64,000 bases of DNA. It comes from an uncultured Clostridium sp. (GTDB lineage Bacteria > Bacillota > Clostridia > TANB77 > CAG-508). The notes under the pieces were generated by a model. It had not been told where the DNA came from and did not search any database. It saw only the letters and a list, made by a program, of their open reading frames with translations. Made by a program: the position numbers and the translations under genes. The stretch covers positions 6,233 to 70,232 of the forward strand of contig USEX01000003.1 in assembly GCA_900553755.1 (NCBI GenBank), read 5' to 3'. Of this stretch, positions 27,236 through 36,572 are shown piece by piece; within the stretch, counting starts at the first letter, position 1, and each line of letters begins with the position of its first letter.

Positions 27236-28471
27236 TTATGCAACATCCTTAATTTTTATATCTCTAACGTGGTCTATTTTCTCCCATTTTGTGTCTCTTA
27301 TAAATAAACATTTAAAGTTAATTAATAGCCATGATCCTAGGAATAATGGGTATAAAACCAATCCTTTTATCATTGGCTTTATTGGTCTTTTATCCAACCA
27401 CATTATTATTATTCCAACAAATATTGGTAGTAAAAATGTTGGTAATAAATATCTAATACAATTTACAATTAAATCTGGTGTAGACATTCCACCAAGTATA
27501 TACATAACAAAGTTAATTATTACTAATACACCTGTTAATATAAACATTGGTATACTTCCTATCATATATAAAAGTCCATCAAAATTCATCACTGTTTTAT
27601 GTTCTTTTACAGCTACTGCTAATGGTTTTGTATATTCGCTTAAGCATTGAATATGTCCAACAGTCCATCTAGATCTTTGTGACCAAGATTGTTTAAATCC
27701 TACTGGCTGTTCATCATAAACTATTGCATCTACTGCCCAGCCAACTTTCTTACCTTTTATAATTGTTTTTAACGAGAATTCTATATCCTCAGTTAAAGTT
27801 TTTGTATTCCAGCCTGTTGGCTTTATTACATCAAACTTAACCATAAATCCTGTACCATTTAATAGTGCAGATAAGCCTAAATTATACCTTGCTAAATGGT
27901 AGAATCTATGCATTGTCCAGTAAAATATTGCGTATCCTGCTGAAACCCAGCTATCTGCAGGGTTCTTGATATCTCTGTATCCTTGAACAACTTCTTCGCC
28001 TTGACATAATTTTTTGTTCATTGCTTTTGTAAAGTTAACATCAACAATGTTATCAGCATCAAATACAAAGAATGCATCATAATCAGCATTTTCTTCAATT
28101 TTTTGTTTTAAAAACCATTGCAAAGCAGCACCTTTAGTTTGTTTTGCTGGGTCTTCTTCATGTCTTTCTAATACTATCGCTCCTGCTTCTTTTGCAATTT
28201 TTACAGTATTATCTGTACAGTTATCAGCTATTACATAAATATCTAATAACTCTTTAGGATAATCCTGATTTTTTAAACTTTCTATTAAATTTCCTATTAC
28301 AGCTTCTTCATTGTGTGCAGGCAAAATAGCCATAAACTTGTGATTTTTATCCACAAGTAATGGCTTATCTTTTAATTTTACTAACGAACAAATACTAACA
28401 ACTAATTGGTATAACCAATATATAGTTATTATCCAGACAATTGCCTGTTGTATAATATATAAATATTCCAT
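27236..28471 (-). CDS. Processive family-2 glycosyltransferase (IcaA/PgaC/NodC-like membrane synthase)
   Basis: 411 aa with an N-terminal TM helix, a GT2 core (AILPAHNEE, FVFDADN), a QxxRW motif (QRSRW) and C-terminal TM helices. Confidence 0.8.
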   Translation of the reverse strand: MEYLYIIQQAIVWIITIYWLYQLVVSICSLVKLKDKPLLVDKNHKFMAILPAHNEEAVIGNLIESLKNQDYPKELLDIYVIADNCTDNTVKIAKEAGAIVLERHEEDPAKQTKGAALQWFLKQKIEENADYDAFFVFDADNIVDVNFTKAMNKKLCQGEEVVQGYRDIKNPADSWVSAGYAIFYWTMHRFYHLARYNLGLSALLNGTGFMVKFDVIKPTGWNTKTLTEDIEFSLKTIIKGKKVGWAVDAIVYDEQPVGFKQSWSQRSRWTVGHIQCLSEYTKPLAVAVKEHKTVMNFDGLLYMIGSIPMFILTGVLVIINFVMYILGGMSTPDLIVNCIRYLLPTFLLPIFVGIIIMWLDKRPIKPMIKGLVLYPLFLGSWLLINFKCLFIRDTKWEKIDHVRDIKIKDVA

Positions 28472-28497
28472 TTATTTTTCTCCTAATATTATAAATA

Positions 28498-30627
28498 TTA
28501 TTCTTCTACGTCTTCTTCTTTGTTGCCAGCTTCTAAGTCTTTCATTGTTAAGTTTATTCTATCTTGGTTATCTATTTCATAAACCTTAACTGTTACTTCA
28601 TCGCCCACAGCAAGTACATCTTCTACTTTTTCTACTCTTTTGCTTGATATTTTAGATATGTGAAGTAATCCTTCTCTTCCTCCACCTATATCTACAAAAG
28701 CACCAAAAGGCATTATTCTCGTGACTTTTCCTTCATATATTCCGCCAACTTCTATGTCTTTTGCTATATCTTCTATCATTTTTAATGCATTTTTTCCTTG
28801 CTCTGAGTCCTCAGTATATATGCAAACTTTTCCGTCTTCTTCTATATCTATTTTTACACCTGTTGCTGCTATTATTTTGTTTATCATTTTTCCGCCAGGA
28901 CCTATTACATCCTTTATTTTATCTACATTTATCGTAGTTGTAATTATTTTGGGTGCATATTTAGATATTTCTTTTCTTGGCTCAGCAATTTGCTTTAACA
29001 TTATTTCATCTAATATATAATCACGAGCTTTTTTGGTTCTTTCAAATGCTTCTTTTATAATATCATATGTTAGTCCATCGTTTTTAATGTCAACTTGTAT
29101 TGCTGTTATACCATCTTTTGTACCACCAACTTTAAAGTCCATATCTCCGAAAAAATCTTCTATTCCTTGTATATCTGTTAGCATTATATATTTATCTGGA
29201 TCTTCTGGATCTGTTACTAATCCTGTTGATATACCGGCTACTGGTTTTCTGATTGGAACCCCTGCATCCATAAGTGCTAAAGTGCTTCCACAAATACTTG
29301 CTTGTGATGTTGAACCATTTGAAGATAATACTTCTGATACAACTCTTATTGTATATGGAAATTCTTCTTCTGAAGGTATTACTGGAACTAAAGCTTTTTC
29401 AGCTAAAGCGCCATGTCCAATTTCTCTTCTTCCAGGTCCACGTGATGGTCTTGCTTCTCCAACTGAATAAGATGGGAAATTGTATTGATGCATATATCTT
29501 TTTGAATCCTCTTCATCTAATCCATCTAATTCTTGCTCTTCTGATTTAGTTCCTAAGGTAACTACTGATAATACTTGAGTTTGGCCTCTTGTAAATATTG
29601 CACTTCCGTGAACTCTAGGAAGAACGCCTACTTCACAAGATAATGGTCTTATTTCGTCTATTTTTCTTCCATCAGGACGAATATGTTCTTTGTATATCAT
29701 TTCTCTTACACATTTTTTCTCTAAATCGTGGATACTTGCTGCTATATCTGCTGCTTTCTCCTCTGCTTCATCTTCACCATATTTTTCAACAAAATATGCT
29801 TGTATATCTTGAGTTAAAGCTTCCATATTAGCATCTCTTACTTCTTTATCTTGCGCTTGTACATCTTTGTACATTCTTTCTTTAAAGTTTGCAGATATTT
29901 CATCAAATACAGCTGAATCTGTAGCAAATGATACATATTCAAATTTTGGCTTTCCTACTTCTTCTTTTATTTTTTCTATAAATGCACATAATTTTTTAAT
30001 TTCACTATGTCCTGCTTTTATAGCTTCAAGCATTGTATCGTTTGGAATTTCATCTGCTCCAGCTTCTATCATTGTTACTTTTTCTAAAGTTCCAGCCACT
30101 GTTAAGTTTAATCTACTTTTTTCTCTTTCTGCAACTGTAGGGTTTATTACAATTTGATTATCCACATATCCTACACTTACTGCTGCTGTTGGTCCTCCAA
30201 AAGGTATATCTGAAATTGAAAGTGCTGCAGATGCACCAATCATTGCACATACTTCTGGGCTATTATCTTGCTCTACAGATAAAACTGTTGCTACAACGCA
30301 TACATCATTTCTAAAATCTTTCGGAAATAGTGGACGTATTGGCCTATCTATTGCTCTTGATGTTAGTATTGCTTTATCTGCTGGTTTTCCTTCTCTTTTT
30401 TGGAAACTTCCTGGTATTTTTCCTACAGCATATAATTTTTCTTCATAGTCTACTGATAGTGGAAAGAAATCCACTCCTTCTTTTGGTTGTTTTGATGCTG
30501 TTACGTTGACCATTACAACAGTATCGCCATAATGTACTATAACATCGCCATTAGCTAATTCTGCAACTTTTCCTGTTTCTATTGTTAGTTTTCTTCCTGC
30601 TAATTCTGTTTCAAATTTTTTATACAT
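28498..30627 (-). CDS. pnp: Polyribonucleotide nucleotidyltransferase (PNPase)
   Basis: Two RNase PH domains plus KH plus S1 ([17 protein letters not shown]). 709 aa. Confidence 0.97.
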   Translation of the reverse strand: MYKKFETELAGRKLTIETGKVAELANGDVIVHYGDTVVMVNVTASKQPKEGVDFFPLSVDYEEKLYAVGKIPGSFQKREGKPADKAILTSRAIDRPIRPLFPKDFRNDVCVVATVLSVEQDNSPEVCAMIGASAALSISDIPFGGPTAAVSVGYVDNQIVINPTVAEREKSRLNLTVAGTLEKVTMIEAGADEIPNDTMLEAIKAGHSEIKKLCAFIEKIKEEVGKPKFEYVSFATDSAVFDEISANFKERMYKDVQAQDKEVRDANMEALTQDIQAYFVEKYGEDEAEEKAADIAASIHDLEKKCVREMIYKEHIRPDGRKIDEIRPLSCEVGVLPRVHGSAIFTRGQTQVLSVVTLGTKSEEQELDGLDEEDSKRYMHQYNFPSYSVGEARPSRGPGRREIGHGALAEKALVPVIPSEEEFPYTIRVVSEVLSSNGSTSQASICGSTLALMDAGVPIRKPVAGISTGLVTDPEDPDKYIMLTDIQGIEDFFGDMDFKVGGTKDGITAIQVDIKNDGLTYDIIKEAFERTKKARDYILDEIMLKQIAEPRKEISKYAPKIITTTINVDKIKDVIGPGGKMINKIIAATGVKIDIEEDGKVCIYTEDSEQGKNALKMIEDIAKDIEVGGIYEGKVTRIMPFGAFVDIGGGREGLLHISKISSKRVEKVEDVLAVGDEVTVKVYEIDNQDRINLTMKDLEAGNKEEDVEE

Positions 30628-30715
30628 AGTTTTCTCCTTACTTTTTAATTAAGCATTTTATATTTATTATTTTCTACAAAAAAACAAAAAATATTTAGCA
30701 TTATTTTTTAAAAAT

Positions 30716-30742
30716 GGGCGCTTTATCATTAGTAAAACGCCC
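30716..30742 (-). terminator. rpsO-pnp intergenic hairpin (terminator/attenuator)
   Basis: On the minus strand, GGGCGUUUUA-CUAAUGA-UAAAGCGCCC forms a 10-bp stem (one G-U pair) followed by AUUUUU. Confidence 0.5.
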
Positions 30743-30754
30743 TTTTTAATGTTA

Positions 30755-31018
30755 TTATTTTCTTAAACCTAATTTTGCAACTATATCTCTGTATCTTTGA
30801 ACATCTTTATCTGCTAAATAGTTTAATAAACTTCTTCTATTTCCAATCATCTTGAATAATCCTCTTCTTGAGTGATTATCTTTCTTATGAACTTTTAGAT
30901 GTTCTGTTAATTCGTTAATTCTTTCTGTTAAAAGAGCTATTTGAACTTCTGGTGAACCAGTATCTTTTTCATCTCTTTTGTATGTGTTGATTATTTCTTG
31001 TTTTCTTTCCTTTGTCAT
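30755..31018 (-). CDS. rpsO: 30S ribosomal protein S15
   Basis: 87 aa with an unambiguous S15 sequence ([34 protein letters not shown]). Confidence 0.97.
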   Translation of the reverse strand: MTKERKQEIINTYKRDEKDTGSPEVQIALLTERINELTEHLKVHKKDNHSRRGLFKMIGNRRSLLNYLADKDVQRYRDIVAKLGLRK

Positions 31019-31226
31019 GTTGTAATTACACCTCCTATTTTACTATTTGCCTTAAACTGAGTTCTAGTGGTGTGTTTGTCTAAAACCAAGTGTAAGGTAC
31101 TAACATATAATATAATACCACAAAATATTTCAAATTACAAGCATTTCTACACAAATATTATTGCATAAATTTTTGAAAAACAATGGACAATATTTAAAAA
31201 GTATGCTAATATAATAAAGTAATTTC

Positions 31227-31308
31227 GCCGATGTGGCGGAATGGTAGACGCACTGGATTCAAAATCCAGCGGGAAACCATGTGGGTTCGAGTCCCACCAT
31301 CGGTACCA
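31227..31308 (+). tRNA. tRNA-Leu (anticodon CAA), CCA encoded
   Basis: Acceptor stem GCCGATG/CATCGGT, anticodon stem-loop CTGGA-TTCAAAA-TCCAG, long variable arm, T-arm GGGTTCGAGTCCC, and a terminal ACCA. Confidence 0.9.
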
Positions 31309-31330
31309 ATCTAAATTATATTTTGGAAAA

Positions 31331-31360
31331 GTCATCTAAAATCAGATGATTTTTTATTTT
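31331..31360 (+). terminator. Terminator after tRNA-Leu
   Basis: TCATCT-AAAATC-AGATGA hairpin followed by TTTTTTATTTT. Confidence 0.6.
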
Positions 31361-31387
31361 GACTTTATTATTCAAACATGCTATAAT
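31359..31387 (+). promoter_or_regulatory. Consensus sigma-A promoter of the orphan gene at 31459
   Basis: TTGACT, 17-nt spacer, TATAAT, with a TGc extended -10. Confidence 0.6.
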
Positions 31388-31421
31388 AGCCGATAGGTGC
31401 TTTGCATCAATTTATATCAAA

Positions 31422-31439
31422 CAGCAACAATTGTTGCTG
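31422..31439 (+). promoter_or_regulatory. Perfect 18-bp palindrome in the 5' UTR (operator or 5' stem-loop)
   Basis: CAGCAACAATTGTTGCTG lies between the predicted transcription start and the AAGGAGG RBS. Confidence 0.5.
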
Positions 31440-31458
31440 CAAGGAGGTTTTTTTACTT

Positions 31459-31764
31459 ATGTCATTTTTTTATGACGGAACATCCGATATGCTCCAAAAG
31501 GAGTATATCGTAGAACGGAGACTTTTTGTTGTACGATTCGCTAAAGACGGAAAGGAAGTCTATATAGGCACACCTCCCGTTCTTTCATCCATCGCAGCGC
31601 AAATGGTGTGCGCCGAGATGATGGCTCCACTTCACTGGGAACCTAATGGGAAGCAGATAACGTTTCTCATTGGAGAAACTTGGAGCCATGGTGTTGGCTA
31701 TCACGTACCTTCACACACTAATGCCGAAAAGGCATTGGACCGGTTATTTCGCAGGTACCTGTAA
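31459..31764 (+). CDS. Hypothetical protein, 101 aa, compositionally foreign
   Basis: ATG with an AAGGAGG RBS 11 nt upstream, its own promoter, and a terminator immediately after the stop. Hand count gives 114/240 G+C (about 47%) inside the ORF. No family recognised. Confidence 0.6.
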   Translation: MSFFYDGTSDMLQKEYIVERRLFVVRFAKDGKEVYIGTPPVLSSIAAQMVCAEMMAPLHWEPNGKQITFLIGETWSHGVGYHVPSHTNAEKALDRLFRRYL

Positions 31765-31774
31765 TGCCTAACGC

Positions 31775-31810
31775 AAAAAATCCACCCTCGTTGGGTGGAT
31801 TTTCTTTTTT
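31775..31810. terminator. Bidirectional terminator shared by the orphan gene and the convergent ABC transporter operon
   Basis: ATCCACCC-loop-GGGTGGAT forms an 8-bp stem flanked by A6 on one side and TTTCTTTTTT on the other. Confidence 0.75.
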
Positions 31811-33669
31811 TACTCTTCTTCTTCTGAAAATTGTGAATTGTATAAGTTTGCATAGAATCCATTTTTTTCAAGCAATTCTTCATGAGAACCCTGCTCTACT
31901 ATATCACCGTGATCCATTACTAAAATTAAGTCTGCATTCTTAATTGTTGATAATCTATGTGCTATTATAAAGCTTGTTCTTCCTTCCATTAGTTTATCCA
32001 TAGCTTTTTGTATTTCTATTTCTGTTCTTGTATCTATTGAACTTGTTGCCTCATCCAATATCAATACTTTTGGATCTGCTAAAATTACTCTCGCTATTGT
32101 TAGCAATTGTTTTTGACCTTGCGATACATTCCCAGATTCTTCGTCTAATATCATATCATATCCATGTGGAAGAGTTTCTATAAAGTGATGTACTCTTGCG
32201 GCTTTTGCTGCTGCAACTACTTCTTCATCCGTTGCATCTAATCTTCCATATCTAATATTTTCTTTAATTGTTCCTTCAAATAACCATGTATCCTGAAGAA
32301 CCATGCCAAATTCCTGTCTCAACTCTCCTCTTTCAAAATCTTTTATATTATTTCCATCAAGCAAAATCGCTCCAGAATTAACATCATAAAATCTCATAAG
32401 AAGTTTTACCATTGTTGTTTTTCCTGCGCCAGTAGGACCTACAATTGCTATTTTTTGTCCCTCATGAACGTCAGCATTAAAGTCATTTATTATTGTTTTA
32501 TCTGCATTATATCCAAAGTTAACATGGTCAAATTTAATATTTCCTTTTAATCCTTCTATATGCTTTGGATTTTCTATTGTTGGAATTTCTTCTTCTTCTT
32601 CCAAAAATTCAAACACTCTTTCAGCTGCTGCCACCATAGATTGCAAAGTTCCCGAAATTTGTGCTATCTCTGCAATTGGTTGTGTGAACTGTTTATTATA
32701 TGTTATGAAAGATTGAATATCACCTACAGTTATTTTTCCTTTTACTGCAAAATATCCTCCAACTATTGCAACTGCTACATATCCTATATTTGATAAGAAA
32801 TTCATCAATGGATGCATTAAACCTGATAAGAATTGAGATTTCCATGCTGATCTATATAATTCGTTGTTTGCTTCTTTAAATTCTTCTATTGCTTTTTCTT
32901 CTCCATTAAAAGCTTTAACTATAATATGACCACCATATATTTCTTCTACTTGCCCATTTACATGACCCAAATAGTCTTGTTGTTTCTTAAAATATTTTTG
33001 TGATTTTCCTACAATTATTTTAACAATTACAGATGCTATTGGTAAAATAATAAGTGATATAAGTGTGATTGTAACATTTATTGATAACATCATTACAAGT
33101 ATTCCAACTAATGCACATACTGACCTTATTATTTCTGTAATACTTTGGTTCATATTTTGTGACATTGTATCAACATCGTTTGTTATTATTGATAGAACCT
33201 CACCATTTGTCTTTTTATCAAAGTATCTCATTGGTAGTTTGTTTATTTTTTTAGCTATATCATTACGTAATTTATATGTTATTTTTTGTGACACATTTGT
33301 CATCAAAAATCCTTCTATAACAGAGCAAAGCATACTAATTCCATAAAGTGTTAATAATATAATAAGTATCTTTCCTATTTTTGCAAAATCAATTCCGCTT
33401 CCTCCATTTATTTTACTTACCAAACCTGTATAAATCTCTGTTGTTGCATTTCCTAGTATTTTAGGACCAACTATTGTTAAAATAGTACTTGCTATTGCAA
33501 ATATTAATACTATTAATATTTGTATCTTGTATTTTGAGAAATAATTCTTTACAAGTTTTTTTGTTGTTCCTTTAAAATCTTTAGGTTTTTCAACAGCTCT
33601 TTGACCTCCAGGTCCTCCCACATTTCTACGTTTCATTGGAGTTTTTTTATTTTCTTGTTCATTTGCCAT
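31810..33669 (-). CDS. ABC exporter, fused permease/ATPase (heterodimer partner B)
   Basis: Six-TM domain plus an NBD with Walker A GPTGAGKTT, signature VSQGQKQLL and Walker B LILDEATSSID. Confidence 0.9.
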   Translation of the reverse strand: MANEQENKKTPMKRRNVGGPGGQRAVEKPKDFKGTTKKLVKNYFSKYKIQILIVLIFAIASTILTIVGPKILGNATTEIYTGLVSKINGGSGIDFAKIGKILIILLTLYGISMLCSVIEGFLMTNVSQKITYKLRNDIAKKINKLPMRYFDKKTNGEVLSIITNDVDTMSQNMNQSITEIIRSVCALVGILVMMLSINVTITLISLIILPIASVIVKIIVGKSQKYFKKQQDYLGHVNGQVEEIYGGHIIVKAFNGEEKAIEEFKEANNELYRSAWKSQFLSGLMHPLMNFLSNIGYVAVAIVGGYFAVKGKITVGDIQSFITYNKQFTQPIAEIAQISGTLQSMVAAAERVFEFLEEEEEIPTIENPKHIEGLKGNIKFDHVNFGYNADKTIINDFNADVHEGQKIAIVGPTGAGKTTMVKLLMRFYDVNSGAILLDGNNIKDFERGELRQEFGMVLQDTWLFEGTIKENIRYGRLDATDEEVVAAAKAARVHHFIETLPHGYDMILDEESGNVSQGQKQLLTIARVILADPKVLILDEATSSIDTRTEIEIQKAMDKLMEGRTSFIIAHRLSTIKNADLILVMDHGDIVEQGSHEELLEKNGFYANLYNSQFSEEEE

Positions 33670-35855
33670 TATTCTAATTCCTCCTTTGATAACTGAGATA
33701 AAGCAATCTGTTGATATACTTCATTGCTTTCCATTAATTCTTTGTGTGTACCTTTGCCCACAATTTTTCCTTCATCTAAAACAATTATTTGATCTGCATC
33801 TAATATAGTACTAATTCTTTGTGCAATAATTATTACAGTTTTACCCTCTGTTTTCTCTTTTAATGCTTCTCTTAATTTGCTATCTGTTTTAAAATCTAAA
33901 GCAGAGAAACTGTCATCAAAAACAAATATTTCTGGATCTTTAGCAATTGCTCTTGCAATAGATAAACGTTGTCTTTGTCCTCCAGATACGTTGCTTCCTC
34001 CTTGTGCTATTTCTGAATTATATTTTTCTGGTTTTGATTCAATAAATTCTGTAGATTGAGCAATTTGAGCTGCATTCTTCATTTGCTCATCACTCATATT
34101 TTCATCTGAGTATTTTATATTAGATTCAATTGTTCCAGAGAATAACATACCTTTTTGTGGAACAAATCCTATAATATCTCTTAGAGCTTTTTGTTTTACA
34201 TTCTTCACATTTACTCCATCAACAAATAATTCACCTTTTGTTACATCATAAAATCTTGGTATTAAATTCACTACTGTTGATTTACCTGAACCGGTGCTTC
34301 CTATTATCGCAGTTGTTTTGCCTGGTTCTGCTGTAAAGTTTATATTTTCTAATATATCTTCTTCTGCATCTGGATATTTGAAAGATACATTTTTAAATTC
34401 TACTAATCCTTTTTTGTTTTTATCAAATTCTTTTGGATTTTCAGGGTCCTTTATACTATCTTCCTTATCCAATACTTCATTTATACGGCTAGCTGATACT
34501 GCTGCTCTTGGAAGCATTATTGATATCATTGATATCATCAAGAAACTCATTACAATTTGCATAGTATATTGAATAAATGCCATTATGTCGCCAACTTGCA
34601 TAACTCCATTATCCACGTTGTGTCCACCTATCCAAATTATTAATAAAGAAATTCCATTCATTACTAATGTTAATGCTGGCCACATTATGCTCATTGCCTT
34701 GTTAACAAACACATTTGCCTTCATGAGTTTGTTATTTTCCACTTCAAATCTTTCTTCTTCGTGTTTTTCCCTACTGAAAGCTCTTATTACTGGAATTCCT
34801 GTTAATATTTCTCTTGAAACTCCATTTACTTTATCTATTAATTCTTGCAATTTTTTGAATTTTGGTATTGCTACAATAAATAGAATTAAAACAATTCCTA
34901 GTATTAATAGTATTGCTAACCCAATAATCCACGCCATTGATGTATTGCTATTTTGTATAACCCTAATTAAGCCTCCAATACCTATTATTGGTGCATATAC
35001 AACAACTCTGAATAGCATAGCTATTAATTGTTGAATTTGTTGTATATCGTTTGTACTACGTGTAATTAAAGATGCTGTTGAAAAATCTCTAAACTCTTTT
35101 CTAGAGAAGTTTAATACTTTTTCAAATACCTTTTCTCTTAATGTTTTTCCTAATCTAGCAGCCACTCTTGATGATAGTAACATTATGCATACTGCTGAAG
35201 CCATACTTATAAATGCTATTCCAAGCATCTGCAATCCAACTTTTATTAAATATTTATTTTGATATGCAGTCATATCTATTCCTACAGTTTCATATTCTTG
35301 CTTAACCCAAGATATCGCTGCTTGCTCTAGCATTGTGCCTGATAAACTACTTAATTTTTCATCTATCATTTCCATCATTTTATTTATTTGTTCTTCATTA
35401 AGCCCATTTACAATATCCATCATAGACATTTGAGCCATCATGGCTTTCTGTTGTTCTGGAACATTTGCTAGCATTTCTTCCTTTATAGCTCCTGCATATG
35501 TTTCACTAGTTAACACTTGATACACCATAATTGGCTTTGCCATTAAATTATTCAAGTTTTCTTGTTCTGCTGAATTCACCTTATTCTGTTTATACATATC
35601 CTCATCTTCCACATATGTATAGTCAGACAAGATAGCTTCATCATCAGAAGTAAATTTTAAAATATTATCCATTTGCGATTTTCTAATAACTTCTGGTGCA
35701 GTACTCTCTACTCCTGATTGTTGAATACCAACATTAACTATTTTTGAGGTATAATCAGGTAGTGCCAAGTCTGCATTGGCTTGCACTATCAATAATAAAA
35801 TAATTGCTATTACTGCTAATGCTGATTCTTTTAAATTTTTTAAAACCTTTAACAT
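33669..35855 (-). CDS. ABC exporter, fused permease/ATPase (heterodimer partner A) with a large loop between TM1 and TM2
   Basis: Walker A GSTGSGKST, signature VSGGQRQRL, Walker B FVFDDSFSALD. A hydrophilic segment of about 170 aa follows TM1. Confidence 0.9.
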   Translation of the reverse strand: MLKVLKNLKESALAVIAIILLLIVQANADLALPDYTSKIVNVGIQQSGVESTAPEVIRKSQMDNILKFTSDDEAILSDYTYVEDEDMYKQNKVNSAEQENLNNLMAKPIMVYQVLTSETYAGAIKEEMLANVPEQQKAMMAQMSMMDIVNGLNEEQINKMMEMIDEKLSSLSGTMLEQAAISWVKQEYETVGIDMTAYQNKYLIKVGLQMLGIAFISMASAVCIMLLSSRVAARLGKTLREKVFEKVLNFSRKEFRDFSTASLITRSTNDIQQIQQLIAMLFRVVVYAPIIGIGGLIRVIQNSNTSMAWIIGLAILLILGIVLILFIVAIPKFKKLQELIDKVNGVSREILTGIPVIRAFSREKHEEERFEVENNKLMKANVFVNKAMSIMWPALTLVMNGISLLIIWIGGHNVDNGVMQVGDIMAFIQYTMQIVMSFLMISMISIMLPRAAVSASRINEVLDKEDSIKDPENPKEFDKNKKGLVEFKNVSFKYPDAEEDILENINFTAEPGKTTAIIGSTGSGKSTVVNLIPRFYDVTKGELFVDGVNVKNVKQKALRDIIGFVPQKGMLFSGTIESNIKYSDENMSDEQMKNAAQIAQSTEFIESKPEKYNSEIAQGGSNVSGGQRQRLSIARAIAKDPEIFVFDDSFSALDFKTDSKLREALKEKTEGKTVIIIAQRISTILDADQIIVLDEGKIVGKGTHKELMESNEVYQQIALSQLSKEELE

Positions 35856-36457
35856 TTCTTTTCTATTCCTTTCTTAATAAATTCTATTTTCTTTAAAAAT
35901 TCTTCCCTCGCTTTTTCTGGTGAGGTATATTTTATGCTTCTTACTACCGATGACATAGTAATTGCATTTAATATTTGTATTATTAAATCAAAATCTAAAT
36001 CTGATTCTATTTTTAATTTGCTTTTATCGATTAGATTTTTAAAATTTTTAAAGTCTTGCTTCTTTTTCTCTTCCATACCTTCAAAAACAGATTCATCATT
36101 GGTTTTAAGATTTTCAAATATCCTTTTGTATATGTCTCGATTCATATTATCAAAACATTTTGAAGTCATGTCGTCATATATCGATATGTATATATTAAAT
36201 ATCTCTCCATCTGACTCTTTTATTATTCTATTTAATTTCTTCTCCATTGTTTCTCTATTTTCTTCTAATATGAAGAATAGTAAGTCTTTTTTGCTTTTAA
36301 AGTACTGGTAGAAGCTTCCTCTGGCAATTCCTGCTTTCTCTGCAATGTTTTTTATAGATGCTTCGTCTAAGCTAACGCTTGAAAATTCATCTTTACCCGC
36401 TTCTATTATCTTTTTTCTTTTTTCCTCAGCAAGTTTAAAAAAAGTTTCGGTTGGCAT
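35849..36457 (-). CDS. TetR/AcrR-family transcriptional regulator
   Basis: N-terminal HTH (SLDEASIKNIAEKAGIARGSFYQYFKSKKDL). The ATG at 36457 has a GAGAGGAG RBS. The 3' end overlaps the ABC gene start. Confidence 0.85.
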   Translation of the reverse strand: MPTETFFKLAEEKRKKIIEAGKDEFSSVSLDEASIKNIAEKAGIARGSFYQYFKSKKDLLFFILEENRETMEKKLNRIIKESDGEIFNIYISIYDDMTSKCFDNMNRDIYKRIFENLKTNDESVFEGMEEKKKQDFKNFKNLIDKSKLKIESDLDFDLIIQILNAITMSSVVRSIKYTSPEKAREEFLKKIEFIKKGIEKKC

Positions 36458-36490
36458 ATTGCACTCCTCTCTCATATATTAAACGTCAAC

Positions 36491-36536
36491 AATGACATAG
36501 TGTCATTATCTTACATGACACTATGTCATTTGTCAA
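36491..36536 (-). promoter_or_regulatory. Promoter with two nested palindromic operators upstream of the TetR-ABC operon
   Basis: Minus strand reads TTGACA, 17-nt spacer, TAAGAT. ATGACActaTGTCAT (36515..36529) fills the spacer and AATGACAtagTGTCATT (36491..36507) covers the predicted transcription start. The two sites are reverse complements of each other. Confidence 0.6.
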
Positions 36537-36572
36537 GTTGTTTTACTCTTTTAAATGTGAATTTTGTGTGAA

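Noticed and set aside
31019-31140. Possible S15 autoregulatory leader upstream of rpsO (promoter TTGTAA, 17-nt spacer, TATTAT, then a leader of about 95 nt).
   Set aside because: I could not identify a convincing conserved fold or a match to a known S15-leader class by eye. It needs a covariance-model scan.
31147-31335. 62-aa minus-strand ORF.
   Set aside because: It runs antisense straight through tRNA-Leu(CAA), so it is an artefact of the G+C-rich tRNA sequence.
31309-31810. Integrative mobile element at tRNA-Leu.
   Set aside because: There is no integrase, recombinase or excisionase and no convincing direct repeat of the tRNA 3' end. Only the single orphan gene is present, and that is reported as a finding instead.
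31701-31883. 60-aa minus-strand ORF spanning the 3' ends of the orphan gene and the ABC gene.
   Set aside because: It crosses the bidirectional terminator and overlaps two better-supported genes. It has no RBS.
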